From NCBI GenBank assembly GCA_963749495.1, contig CAVVMW010000022.1:480001-544000 (forward strand): a stretch of DNA of 64,000 nucleotides, written 5' to 3'. A program made the translations under genes and the position numbers. A model generated the notes under the pieces. The model was not told where the DNA came from. It was given only the letters and a program-made list of their open reading frames with translations, and made no database searches. Position 1 is the first letter of the stretch. Each line of letters opens with the position of its first letter. Of this stretch, positions 44,560 to 54,260 are shown in pieces. Origin of the DNA: an uncultured bacterium (GTDB lineage: Bacteria; Verrucomicrobiota; Verrucomicrobiia; Limisphaerales; UBA8199).

Positions 44560-44612
44560 GTTTTTGTCCCTTTTGTCCCTTGCTTCTCAAAGGGACAAAA
44601 GGGACAAAAAGG
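44560..44612. repeat. Palindrome of 10-mer units (TTTTGTCCCT / AGGGACAAAA)
   Basis: tttttgtcccttttgtccct...agggacaaaagggacaaaaa. Confidence 0.8.
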
Positions 44613-44686
44613 GCCAAAGCGACGCCAGCATGGTGGCCGCGTCGTGCATTTGACTCCGGGCCTGTTGGGGCTGATGGTGCAATGTG

Positions 44687-45772
44687 ATGCACCCGGATAC
44701 TGCGCTTGGGGAATATCTGCGTTTCGGCGCGGCCCAATCCCACCATTGGCTGGTATGGTTCACGTTGTTGCTGGGGCTTGCCAGGTGGGGGGCGGGCCTG
44801 GGCGCCGAGGCCGCGGAGCCGGGCGGCGCCGCGCCGCCTGGGCTGCTGCTGGTCGCCAATAAGGGAGATCGGACGCTGGGAATCATCGACCCGGCGGCTG
44901 GCCGCCAGGTCGCCGCCGTGGCCGAGGATGGGGTGACGGGCCATGAGGTGGCGGCTTCCCCCGACGGCAAACGCGCCTTTGTGCCGATCTACGGCAACTC
45001 GGGCGTCGGCCATGCCGGCACCGATGGGCGCCTGGTGCGGGTGATCGATCTGGCCTCGCGCCGGGTGGTGGGCACGGTGGATTTCGGCAGAGGCGTGCGC
45101 CCGCATTGCGCCGTGTTCGGCCCCAGGAACGGGCTGCTCTACGTGACGGCGGAATTGGAGAACACGGTGGCCGTCATCGATCCCCACACGCTCCAGATTG
45201 TCGAGAGCATTCCCACCGAGCAGGCAGAATCGCACATGCTGGCCATCACGCGCGACGGGCGCCGGGGCTATACCGCCAACGTCGGGCCCGGGACGGTCTC
45301 GGTCCTGGACCTGGAGGCAAAGAAGACGGTGGCGGTCATCCCGGTCTCCAGCGTGGTCCAGCGTGTCTCGATCTCGGTGGATGACCGCCGGGTCTTCACC
45401 GCCGACCAGTCCAGTCCGCGCCTGGCAGTAATCGACACGGCGGAAAACCGGGTGAAAAGCTGGGTCTCGCTCCCCGGCACCGGTTACGGGACGGCCCCCA
45501 CGCCGGACGGGCGCTGGCTGCTGGTCGCGCTCATCGGCGCCCAGCAGGTGGGGGTGGTGGACCTTCAGTCGCTGGAGGTAGCCCGCAGGCTGGACGTGCC
45601 CCAGGCGCCCCAGGAGGTCCTGGTCCGGCCCGACGGCGCCGTGGCCTACGTCTCCTGTGATGCCAGCCGCCAGGTCGCTGTCATTGACTTGAAGCTCTGG
45701 AAAGTCGAGCGGCTGATCCCGGCCGGCGCGGGCGCCGACGGCCTCGCCTGGGCCGGCACGCCGGCGGATTGA
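44687..45772 (+). CDS. Secreted YncE/YVTN-type beta-propeller protein
   Basis: Repeats such as GHEVAASPDG, RPHC, SHMLAIT.DG..YTAN...GTVSVLD. Confidence 0.85.
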   Translation: MHPDTALGEYLRFGAAQSHHWLVWFTLLLGLARWGAGLGAEAAEPGGAAPPGLLLVANKGDRTLGIIDPAAGRQVAAVAEDGVTGHEVAASPDGKRAFVPIYGNSGVGHAGTDGRLVRVIDLASRRVVGTVDFGRGVRPHCAVFGPRNGLLYVTAELENTVAVIDPHTLQIVESIPTEQAESHMLAITRDGRRGYTANVGPGTVSVLDLEAKKTVAVIPVSSVVQRVSISVDDRRVFTADQSSPRLAVIDTAENRVKSWVSLPGTGYGTAPTPDGRWLLVALIGAQQVGVVDLQSLEVARRLDVPQAPQEVLVRPDGAVAYVSCDASRQVAVIDLKLWKVERLIPAGAGADGLAWAGTPAD

Positions 45773-45935
45773 TGGATTAGTGGATTGATGGATTGATGGA
45801 TTGTTGGCCGCCCCCAAGCAATCCCGGCGTCCCCATCGCCAATCCGCCAATCCATCAATCCCCTCCCGAGCGGTCCCGGCGTCCCCATCGCCAATCCGCC
45901 AATCCACCAATCCACTAATCCACCAATCCATCAAT
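45767..45935. repeat. Palindromic element of GATTGATG/CCAATCCA octamers with internal ~33-bp duplication
   Basis: ggattgatggattagtggattgatggattgatgg ... ccaccaatccactaatccaccaatccatcaat; tcccggcgtccccatcgccaatccgccaatcca x2. Confidence 0.8.
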
Positions 45936-45950
45936 GCGTCTGATAGGCTC

Positions 45951-46018
45951 CATGAGTAGTAATAAAAACAATTCTATTCATGAATCGGGCTGGACATTTT
46001 TGCGCGCGCCGCTAATAT
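45951..46018 (+). promoter_or_regulatory. Imperfect operator palindrome plus sigma70-like promoter of the porin gene
   Basis: catgagtag-N14(AT-rich)-ctattcatg; tggaca-N16-taatat. Confidence 0.45.
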
Positions 46019-46153
46019 GCCGCCGTCCTCACTGAAAGCGGCTGTTGGCCCTGCTGGATCCGCTTGTCAGTGGGCAGACTGAACAACCTGAACCAAACAA
46101 CCAGGCCTGAGGGCGCCGGTCAGAGGCGCCTCCGGCCAATTTTGAGCCAACTC

Positions 46154-47728
46154 ATGACGACTAAAGCCCTGGCACCTGCCCTCTGTTCCCTGGCTGTCGC
46201 TCTGCTGACAGCCCAGGCCCAAACCAACCAAACTGCGGCGGCCGAACAGCCCACCCTCAGTTCGACCGAGCAGCTTATTCAGGACATCAAAAACCCCGCC
46301 CCGTGGCTAAGCTGGGGCGGCAACCTCCGCTTCCGCAACGAGTACTTCAACAACGGCCTTAGCCTGACGACCGATCCGAAGGTGAGCGGGCTTTTTGGCC
46401 CGGTCCACGAGCAGGACTACTTCCGCTTCCGCGGCCGCGTCTGGGGCAGCTACAAGCCCACCGAAGACCTCAGCCTGAACGTCCGTCTGGCGGCTGAGCC
46501 GCGCGAGTTCATGAAGGCGCCGACCTTCGACACCTTTTTTGGCGGCGCCCCGTTTAACCAACGAGGCATGCAGTCGCGCTACGGGATTCTCGACACCCTC
46601 AATATCCAATGGAAAAAGCCCCTGGACCTGCCCGTGACCGTGACGCTTGGCCGCCAGGACGTCTTCCTGGGCGACGGCTGGCTGGTGGGCGACGGCACCC
46701 CCAACGACGGCTCCTTCACCTTCTTCGTCGATGCCGCCCGGCTGACCGTGGACCTCAAGGACCAGCACACCACCATCGATGCCATCGGGCTGGCCGAGTT
46801 TGCCCGGGCGGATGCCTGGCTGCCGACTATCGGCCAGTCCACCACCGCCGGCTCCTACCCGGAACCCTTGAGCCTAACCGATCAAAACGAAAAAGGCGCC
46901 ATCCTCTGGGTCGCCAACAAGAGCATCCCGGCCGCCAACTTCGACGGTTACTTCATCTACAAACACGACACTCGCATCAACGATTCTCCGTCCCTGCTCT
47001 TCGGAGATAATGCCAATATCTACACCGTCGGTGGCCGGGTCTCCGGCGTGCTGCAGGACCACTGGAAATACTCTGCCGAGGGCGCCTATCAGTTCGGTCA
47101 GAAACAAGATAACTTCCTCAACGTCAACGGCGCCAACCCCCTCCTGGCCGCGGGTGCCCAGACCACCGGTTTCCGCGACATCAGCGCCTTTGGCGTCAAC
47201 AGCAAGCTCACTTACCTGCTCAAGGACAATCTGAACACCCAAGTGGGCCTGAGCTACGAATTTCTTTCCGGCGATGACCCCAACTCGAAGAATGACGAGA
47301 TGTTCGACGTCCTCTGGGGCCGCTGGCCGCGCTGGAGCGAAATGTATAACATCTACAGCTACGTTCAAGAAACCCGTGTCGGCCAAACCGCCAACCTCCA
47401 TCGCATCGGTCCGACCGTGACCCTCGATCCCATCAAGGACATGAACTTGAGCGCCAGCTACTTCGTCTTGCTGGCCAACCAGGCGGTGGCGACCCGATCC
47501 GAGTATCTGGCGGGTCCCGCCCTCGGTCTGCCCATCGGGGCCCTGGGGCACCCCTTTAGCAATGACAATGGCATTTTCCGCGGCCACTACTTCCAGGCCG
47601 TGCTCAAATACAAATTCAGCCAGCACCTGAGCGGCCACCTCTGGGGCGAAGTTGTCCTCCCCGGCGATTACTACACCAGCCGGGACATGATGACCTTCCT
47701 GCGCGCCGAGATCATGCTCACGTTCTAG
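46154..47728 (+). CDS. Alginate-export family outer-membrane beta-barrel
   Basis: Signal peptide, WGGNLRFRNE, LGRQD, YEFLSGDD, FDVLWGRWPRWSE, terminal LTF. Confidence 0.8.
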   Translation: MTTKALAPALCSLAVALLTAQAQTNQTAAAEQPTLSSTEQLIQDIKNPAPWLSWGGNLRFRNEYFNNGLSLTTDPKVSGLFGPVHEQDYFRFRGRVWGSYKPTEDLSLNVRLAAEPREFMKAPTFDTFFGGAPFNQRGMQSRYGILDTLNIQWKKPLDLPVTVTLGRQDVFLGDGWLVGDGTPNDGSFTFFVDAARLTVDLKDQHTTIDAIGLAEFARADAWLPTIGQSTTAGSYPEPLSLTDQNEKGAILWVANKSIPAANFDGYFIYKHDTRINDSPSLLFGDNANIYTVGGRVSGVLQDHWKYSAEGAYQFGQKQDNFLNVNGANPLLAAGAQTTGFRDISAFGVNSKLTYLLKDNLNTQVGLSYEFLSGDDPNSKNDEMFDVLWGRWPRWSEMYNIYSYVQETRVGQTANLHRIGPTVTLDPIKDMNLSASYFVLLANQAVATRSEYLAGPALGLPIGALGHPFSNDNGIFRGHYFQAVLKYKFSQHLSGHLWGEVVLPGDYYTSRDMMTFLRAEIMLTF

Positions 47729-47869
47729 GGCTTTGGCGTCCGCCCGTCCTCGGGCTTGCAGCCCGAGGACCGGCCCACCCCGGCGGGAGTGGCCGGATGC
47801 GCCCGGTGTAAGGAGGAGCGCAACAAATGTATGGCGATCTCGGGCGCGCCACATTATTGTTTTGTGGCT

Positions 47870-49244
47870 ATGACGTTGACTGAGAAGGTGCTCGCCCGCG
47901 CGGCCGGCAAGGCGCGCGTAGAGGCGGGAGACAACATCTGGGTGAAGGCAGACGTGCTCATGACGCACGACGTGTGCGGCCCGGGCACGATCGGCGTCTT
48001 CAAACGCGAATTCGGCCCCGACGCCCGCGTTTGGGACCGCCGCAAAGTGGTCATCATCCCGGACCACTACATCTTCACTGCCGATGCCAAATCGAACCGG
48101 AACGTGGACCTCCTGCGCGATTTCGTGAAGGAGCAGGGCATCGTGTATTTCTACGATGTGATTGACGAGCCGGGCGGGCACTGGGTGTTTGACCCCGCCA
48201 AGGGCCCCCTCCGGCGCCAGCACGGCGCCCGCTATGCCGGCGTCTGCCACACCGCCCTGCCCGAAAAGGGCCACACCCGGCCCGGCGAGGTCCTCTTTGG
48301 CACCGACTCGCACACCTGCATGGCGGGGGCCTTCAACGAGTTTGCCACGGGCATTGGCAATACCGATGCGGGCTTTGTGCTGGGCACCGGCAAGCTCCTG
48401 CTCAAGGTGCCCCAGACGATGCACTTCCGGCTGGAGGGCAAACTGGCTCCGGGCGTCATGGCCAAGGACATCATCCTGCACTGCATCGGCGAGATCGGCT
48501 TCGACGGCGCCACCTACCGCGCCCTCCAGTTCGACGGCCCCGGGGCCGCCGGCCTGGGCCTGGACGACCGCATGACCATCGCCAACATGGCCATCGAAGC
48601 CGGCGGCAAAAACGCGATCTTCGAGTTCGACGCCAAGACCCAGGCCCTCGTCGAGCAGCGCTGCAAGCTCAACGGCACCCAGACCGGCTACGAGCCGGTC
48701 ACGCGCGACCGGAAAGAGAAGTTCGTCTATGAGACGGTGCTCGATTTGTCGAGGCTCGAAGCCGACCGTGGCCTGCCATCCGGACCCGGGCCAGCGCCGG
48801 CTGGCCAGGGAATTGGGCGAGATCAAGCTGGACCGCGCTTACCTGGGGTCGTGTACCGGCGGCAAGACCAGCGATTTCGTCGAGTTCGCCCGCATCCTCC
48901 GGGGCCGGCACGTGGCCATCGACACCTTCGGCGTGCCCGCCACGCCGGAGATCGTCCACGACCTGCAATCGGCCCGATGGGACGGCCAGACGATTTGGGA
49001 GGTCTTGCTCGCCGCCGGGGTGCAGATGACCGAGAACGCCGGGTGCGCCGCCTGCCTGGGCGGCCCGTTGGACACCTTTGGCCGGATGAATGCCCCCCTC
49101 AAGTGCATCAGCGCCACCAACCGCAATTTCCCCGGGCGCATGGGCCACAAGGATTCCCAGGTCTTCCTGGCCTCCCCCGCCACCGTGGCAGCCAGCGCCC
49201 TCACGGGCCGGATTACCGACCCGCGGGAGTATTTGCCGGCGTAG
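47870..49244 (+). CDS. leuC: 3-isopropylmalate dehydratase large subunit (aconitase family); apparent frameshift near 48760
   Basis: MTLTEKVLA, PDH, GVCH, GTDSHT, NMAIEAG; after shift YLGSCTGG, CAACLG, TNRNFPGRMG. Confidence 0.85.
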
Positions 49245-49317
49245 CGCGGGCCGCTGGTGTCAATAAGCATGCCGGACCCCTCCGCGGCCTTGGCCCCAGG
49301 GGAATGTGCCCCGGCGA

Positions 49318-49698
49318 TTACGGGGACTTGGGCAGGTAAACGATGCGGTTCTGCCAGTCCCACGCGCTGCCCTCGTTTTGCCAAAAGCTGGTCAACAATC
49401 GGGACTGGTGGCCGTAATCCGTGCTGCGGACGATTCCGCGAAAGATAATCAGTCCGGCATGGTTTTGCCCGGCGCGAAGCAGTTGCCCCGCATGCCAAGC
49501 GAGTGTGGTGCGGTCGAAAGCCACGAGCACGAGCCGGGCTGCCGCGCAACAAATCAACAAAGCCGTGTCTTCCAGGCCCAACCAGATGCCATTTTCCCAA
49601 GTGGCAATGTGGATGATGGGGAAATCCGGGACCAGACGCCGGCACGCCGAAGCCAGCCGATGCGAGGTGTTTTCGTCAGCCAACAACCGGAAGGTCGT
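49318..49698 (-). CDS. DUF5615 PIN-like toxin candidate (start ambiguous: ACG 49698 or ATG 49749)
   Basis: FRLLADEN, G.ED..LL, LVAFD, HAGLII. Confidence 0.7.
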   Translation of the reverse strand, partial: TTFRLLADENTSHRLASACRRLVPDFPIIHIATWENGIWLGLEDTALLICCAAARLVLVAFDRTTLAWHAGQLLRAGQNHAGLIIFRGIVRSTDYGHQSRLLTSFWQNEGSAWDWQNRIVYLPKSP

Positions 49699-50053
49699 GC
49701 CGCTCTCCTTCCTGGGATCGGCGGATCTCTTCGGGGAATGCTTTGGCATAGGCGAGGGCGCGCTTTACAAGGACCGACGCCCAATGGAAATGCTCGGCGG
49801 TCTTGCCAACGGCCTTGAGTTCTTCGTAAACGTCCACGATCTCCCAAACGGCCACGCGATGGCCGCTCAAATAGGCCTCACGCCCGGACAAGGAATCGCG
49901 GAAGGCGATGCCGGGAAACTCGCTTTCGAGCGACTTCTCCATGACGTAGCGCGCGACCAGGTTGCTCTTGGAAGTCCTGGCGGCCCGCGCCTGCTTCACC
50001 ACGAGTCGCTCGTACCTCAGAGGCACCCGGCCGGAGACGTATGCTGTGCTCAT
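49676..50053 (-). CDS. DUF433-type antitoxin candidate
   Basis: RHH-like N-terminus; FPGIAFRD..SGREA..GHRVAVWEIV...ALAYAKAFPEEI. Confidence 0.75.
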   Translation of the reverse strand: MSTAYVSGRVPLRYERLVVKQARAARTSKSNLVARYVMEKSLESEFPGIAFRDSLSGREAYLSGHRVAVWEIVDVYEELKAVGKTAEHFHWASVLVKRALAYAKAFPEEIRRSQEGERHDLPVVG

Positions 50054-50086
50054 CTGGTCAGATCCTTGTGCGCAGTCTGCACAAAG

Positions 50087-51313
50087 TCAAGCGGAATGCC
50101 TGAACCAACCCAACTGTTGGCGGTGAGTCACGTAGAGCAGGCCCAGGATGCGCATGCCCACGGTAACGAGGTAGAGGTAGAGGAAGCTGGAAATCAGGCT
50201 CGGCAGCAGCGGCACCGGTATCCACCGGCCCAGGGCGCCCTCGGCAAACGAGTGCAGCGCCAGCACGACTTCAAAGGCCGCCGCCGCCGCCAGGTACGGG
50301 ATGGGGATGCGCGCGATGGAGGCCGTCAGGGCGATCGGATTCAGGGCCGCCACCGTGTCAAACATGGCCAGGGCCAGCATCCCCATCGGCGCCAGCAAGG
50401 CGCCATAGCCCAGCGCGGCCAGGGCGACAAGTCGGGCCTGGGTCTCGGTCCCGGGGCGCCACAGGCCCAGGACGTAAAAGGGGCCGAAGGTGAGCACCGT
50501 GAGCGCGAGAAACTGTAAGTAGGGCAGGATGAAGCCCTCTATCCAATCGGTGAACTCCGGCCAGTCCGGCGGTTCATCCCGGCCGCCGGCGGTGGTGGTG
50601 ATGATGCTCTTGGCGTAGTTGAACAGGTAGCCGGCAACTATGAAGCCCAGGAAGGGCAGGCGGCCCAGGAGGAAGAAAAATGCCGTGCCTGCCGCCAACA
50701 GGATGACCCCGCTCCCGCGGAACGGATAAGCGAGAGCCCTGGGCAGAGATGCGTAGAAGCCGGGCGGGGCCGCTGCGGCGGGAACGGACGCCTGCACGGC
50801 TTCACACTCCGTGCCGCATGCACGGCAGAACTTCCGTGCCTCGCCCTCCACTAACCTCGTAGTAACGCAGAGTTCGCACACGTTGCGCCCGCACTGCGGA
50901 CAGGCAAACCGGCCGGGTATCTGCGGATGAAACTTGCAAAAGGCACTCCGCGCGGAGACTGGAGGCGGAGACTCTGTCAGCCGAGGGGCGACCGGGGGCC
51001 CCGCCGCGGCGGGCTCGGCTTGCACCTCATCCGACTCAAACCGCATGGCAATCTCTCCCAGCCGGACCACCTGGCCTTGCTTGAGTTGCGCCTCTTCGAC
51101 CAATTCGTCATCAATGAAGGTGCCGGAAGTCGAGCCCAGGTCCTGGATCCACACCCCGGAGTCCGAGACAGTGATCCGGCAATGGGAGTGCGAGACCGAA
51201 GGGTGTTCGATGGGATAATCGTTCTCCTGGCCCCGGCCTAGCAGGAGGGTCCCTGGCTCAAGCTCGATCTGCCAGGACTCAGGGGTCCCGGGATTGACTA
51301 CCAAACACGGCAT
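50087..51313 (-). CDS. FHA domain + B-box-like zinc finger + multi-TM (DUF4013-like) protein
   Basis: LGR..ND..SVSHSH..DLGSTSGT; CKFHP..CPQC..CELC..CRAC; PDWP and several TM helices. Confidence 0.8.
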   Translation of the reverse strand: MPCLVVNPGTPESWQIELEPGTLLLGRGQENDYPIEHPSVSHSHCRITVSDSGVWIQDLGSTSGTFIDDELVEEAQLKQGQVVRLGEIAMRFESDEVQAEPAAAGPPVAPRLTESPPPVSARSAFCKFHPQIPGRFACPQCGRNVCELCVTTRLVEGEARKFCRACGTECEAVQASVPAAAAPPGFYASLPRALAYPFRGSGVILLAAGTAFFFLLGRLPFLGFIVAGYLFNYAKSIITTTAGGRDEPPDWPEFTDWIEGFILPYLQFLALTVLTFGPFYVLGLWRPGTETQARLVALAALGYGALLAPMGMLALAMFDTVAALNPIALTASIARIPIPYLAAAAAFEVVLALHSFAEGALGRWIPVPLLPSLISSFLYLYLVTVGMRILGLLYVTHRQQLGWFRHSA

Positions 51314-51458
51314 AGTCGTCCGACCTGTCGGGGCGATGATGGATCAATTGGCGGCGGCGGCCAACTACAATCCCCCGCGCCCTTTGGAGCCGGGTGTGAG
51401 ACAAAATTCTTCTCGGACCTCCGGATCGCAACTCTCAGAGCCGATCTGGGTCTTCGAG

Positions 51459-51547
51459 CCTTCGTTTCCTTCGTTTCCTTCTGTTCTCTTCCTGCATCCC
51501 GCCGGCTGGGCACAGGAACAGAACAGAAGGAAACGAAGGAAACGAAG
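51459..51547. repeat. Palindromic element of the 17683 family, arms in the opposite order
   Basis: cttcgtttccttcgtttccttctgttc...gaacagaaggaaacgaaggaaacgaag. Confidence 0.8.
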
Positions 51548-51726
51548 ATGCGGCCTGATGCGGCGGCATCAACCGGGTCCGTGGGGTTAGGCTCCGGCGG
51601 CCCGTTGGGCCGCGACGGGGCGCACTGAGGTTGCCAGGCGCTTGACCGCAAGCAACGCTCACGCCATCATTCTCCCATGATTGCCCATATCTACGGCCGG
51701 GGCCAAATGGTGATTCCCGCCACGTT

Positions 51727-52428
51727 ATGAAGATCGTTTTATTTGGCGTTAGCGGCCTCAAGCCCGGCAAGCACAATTTGAAAGACCCCCGGTTCGACCA
51801 GGCGGATGCGCTGGTCGAGGCGGACAAGAAGACCTACGCGCAGGTGGACGTGCTGGGGGAGGACCAATTGGCGGATGCGGACGCGATCCTGGCCACAGGC
51901 GAGGGCAAGGTGGACCTCATCCTTAGGGACCTGGAGTTTGTCGAGACGCGGCTGGGGCGCGAGCCGCAGCCCGGGGAGCGGGCCGTGCTGGAGAAGCTCA
52001 AGGCCGGGCTCGAGGGCGAGCAGTTCATTCGGGACACGGCCTTGGACCCTGCCGAAGTCCAGGCGGTGGCCGCCCACAGCTTTTGCACCCACAAACCGGT
52101 GGTCGTGGCCTCGCCCGAGGAACTGCAGCACCCCGATGCGCTGCTGCTCAGGGCCTTCCGGGAAGGCGGCTACATCTGCTTCCTGACCGTGGGCGGCAAG
52201 GAGAACCGGGCCTGGCCGGTTCGCAAGGGCGTGACTGCCTGGGAGGCGGCCGGCGTGATTCACACCGATATGCAGAAAGGCTTCATCCGCGCCGAGATCA
52301 TCAGCTTTGCCGATTTCATCGCCGCCGGCGGCGAGACCCAGGCCAAGCGCGCCGGCAAACAGCGGCTGGAGACCAAACAATACGTCGTGCAGGACTACGA
52401 CCTGGCCAATTTCAGGTTCAACAGGTAA
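51727..52428 (+). CDS. Shortened YchF-like (DUF933/TGS) protein
   Basis: DLILRDLEFVETRL, FLTVG..E.RAW, AAGVIHTDMQKGFIRAE, YVVQD.D. Confidence 0.85.
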   Translation: MKIVLFGVSGLKPGKHNLKDPRFDQADALVEADKKTYAQVDVLGEDQLADADAILATGEGKVDLILRDLEFVETRLGREPQPGERAVLEKLKAGLEGEQFIRDTALDPAEVQAVAAHSFCTHKPVVVASPEELQHPDALLLRAFREGGYICFLTVGGKENRAWPVRKGVTAWEAAGVIHTDMQKGFIRAEIISFADFIAAGGETQAKRAGKQRLETKQYVVQDYDLANFRFNR

Positions 52429-52463
52429 GGGAGAGCCTGCTGCAAGAGCGCTACGAGCGCGGA

Positions 52464-52543
52464 CCTTTGTCGCAGCCTTTGTCGCAGCCTTTGCCGGGTT
52501 GGCTATGCCTCGACAAAGGCCGCGACAAAGGTTGCGACAAAGG
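52464..52543. repeat. 12-mer-unit palindrome (22574 family)
   Basis: cctttgtcgcag x2 ... cgacaaagg x3. Confidence 0.8.
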
Positions 52544-52564
52544 TCTGGCATCGGCGCTTCCACG

Positions 52565-53175
52565 TTAATCCTGCACGCCGCTCTTTGGGTTGCCTCTGCC
52601 CGGCACGATCCGCTCGAGCTGCGCGGCATGGATGTCCAGGCCGCTCTCCGTCCAGACGACGTAGTCGGCGCGGGCCATTTTTTGCTCGACGGGCCACTGG
52701 GCGCGGAGGCGCTGCTCGGTCTGGAGAGGGGTCCAGCCGCGGGCCAGCAGGCGCCGGCGCTGGGTGGCCGCCGAACAGGCGACACAGATGGTTGCGTCGA
52801 GTTCCGCCTCGGCGCCGGTCTCGAACAGGAGCGGGATGATCACGACGGCCCAGGGGAGCGACTGGTTGCGCCAAGCCCCGAGTGGGCCCTCCAAAGCGCC
52901 CGGATCGGCGGGTGGAGAATCGCCTCGAGTTGTCCGAGGGCCGCGGGCTCGGCAAAGACGCGGCGCGCCAGTTCCCCGCGGCGCAGGCGGCCATCCGGGC
53001 CGACCATCTGCGGGCCGAAGCATTGGCGGACCTGCTCCAGCGCCGGCTGCCCCGGTTCGACCACGCGGCGCGCCAGCTCATCGGTGTCCACCACCGCGAC
53101 GCCGCGCGAGCGGAGCAATTGGCCGGAGGCCGATTTGCCCATGCCCACCCCGCCAGTCAGGCCAAAGACGCGCAT
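52565..53175 (-). CDS. coaE: Dephospho-CoA kinase; apparent frameshift near 52883
   Basis: GLTGGVGMGKS, DTDELAR, LEAILHP; after shift IPLLFE, QWP..K..RADYV. Confidence 0.9.
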
Positions 53176-53223
53176 CAAGCCCCTCCTAAGGCGTCAGTAA
53201 AGGTGGGAGCGGCGTGCCCGACA

Positions 53224-53400
53224 GACCCCTCACCCCGGCCCTCTCCCCTTCGGAAGGGGAGAGGGAGAATTCTCGGCAGCGGGTTCAGGAAGCGGAGACG
53301 AAGGAAGCTCCAGAGACTGCCGACGTGGCTCCCTCTCCCCTTCGGAAGGGGAGAGGGTTGGGGTGAGGGGTCCGCTGCGGGCTCAGCCTCCGCCTTTATG
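53224..53400. repeat. Full palindromic CCCTCACCCC/CCCTCTCCC..GGGAGAGGG element
   Basis: Nested inverted repeats. Confidence 0.8.
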
Positions 53401-53425
53401 GACCGATTATAGCCTTTCGCGGCAT

Positions 53426-53884
53426 TCACTTGACGGTATTGAGCAAAGGCGCCAGGCCCTGGATGCGGACCTCCAGGCGGTCGCCGCAGGCAATCGGACC
53501 CACGCCGCCGGGCGTGCCGGTCAAGATGATGTCCCCCGGCAGCAGCGTCATGTTGGCCGAGATGAAACTGACCAGTTGATGGCAATTGAAAATGAGATGG
53601 CGGGTCGAGGAGTTCTGGCGCAACTGGCCGTTCTGAAAGAGTTGGACAGTCAGGTTGCGGGGATCGAGCTTGGTCTCCCGCGCATGATCCTCATAGTTCA
53701 ATCCCACCGCGATCACCTTCGAAGGAACCACCGGTGCGAGCGTCCTGACCCCCTTGAGCCGCAGCGGCCTCCGGTCAAAGGCGGGAGAGCCGAAGACATC
53801 GCCTCGCGCACAGTAGATCTCCCCGTCAACCACCTTTCCGTAGAAGATCTCGGCGCCCTTCTGAAATCGCCCAATTGCTGCCAT
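53426..53884 (-). pseudogene. Fumarylacetoacetate hydrolase family gene with large in-frame internal deletion
   Basis: PSKVIAVGLNYEDHARE joins directly to TKLDP..LRQNSST..LLPGDIILTGTP; the central metal-binding region is missing. Confidence 0.75.
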
Positions 53885-54004
53885 AAAGTCGGTTTCTCGT
53901 AAATTGCGGTCCAGGAGTATCCCAGACTCCAGGCCCAAGTGTCGAGTGTAGAAATGGGTGCCATTGAAAGCGGGGCGCACGACCGATTTCTTCGAGCGCC
54001 CATC

Positions 54005-54226
54005 CTGCCGCCTAAAGGCGGCGTTCCGGTTGGCTGCGGAACGCCGCCTTAGGCGGCAGCGAAGAATTCTGTCCTGCGCCCTTGAAAGCGCCGGGCAGGC
54101 GCCTCGGGAGTTTTGTCCCGGAGGGACATCTGTTATGTGAAGCTTCACATAACACATGACAATCGCCCGGCGTTTCAACGCCGGGAAGGCCACAAAGGGG
54201 ACCCTCGTCCTGAAGGGACGGCTGAG
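54005..54226. repeat. Two adjacent REP-like palindromic elements
   Basis: ctgccgcctaaaggcggcgttcc...ggaacgccgccttaggcggcag; gtcccggagggac...gcccggcgtttcaacgccggg...cgtcctgaagggacg. Confidence 0.75.
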
Positions 54227-54260
54227 AGCACTCCTTGCGTCCCTCGCCCCTCGCCCCTTT

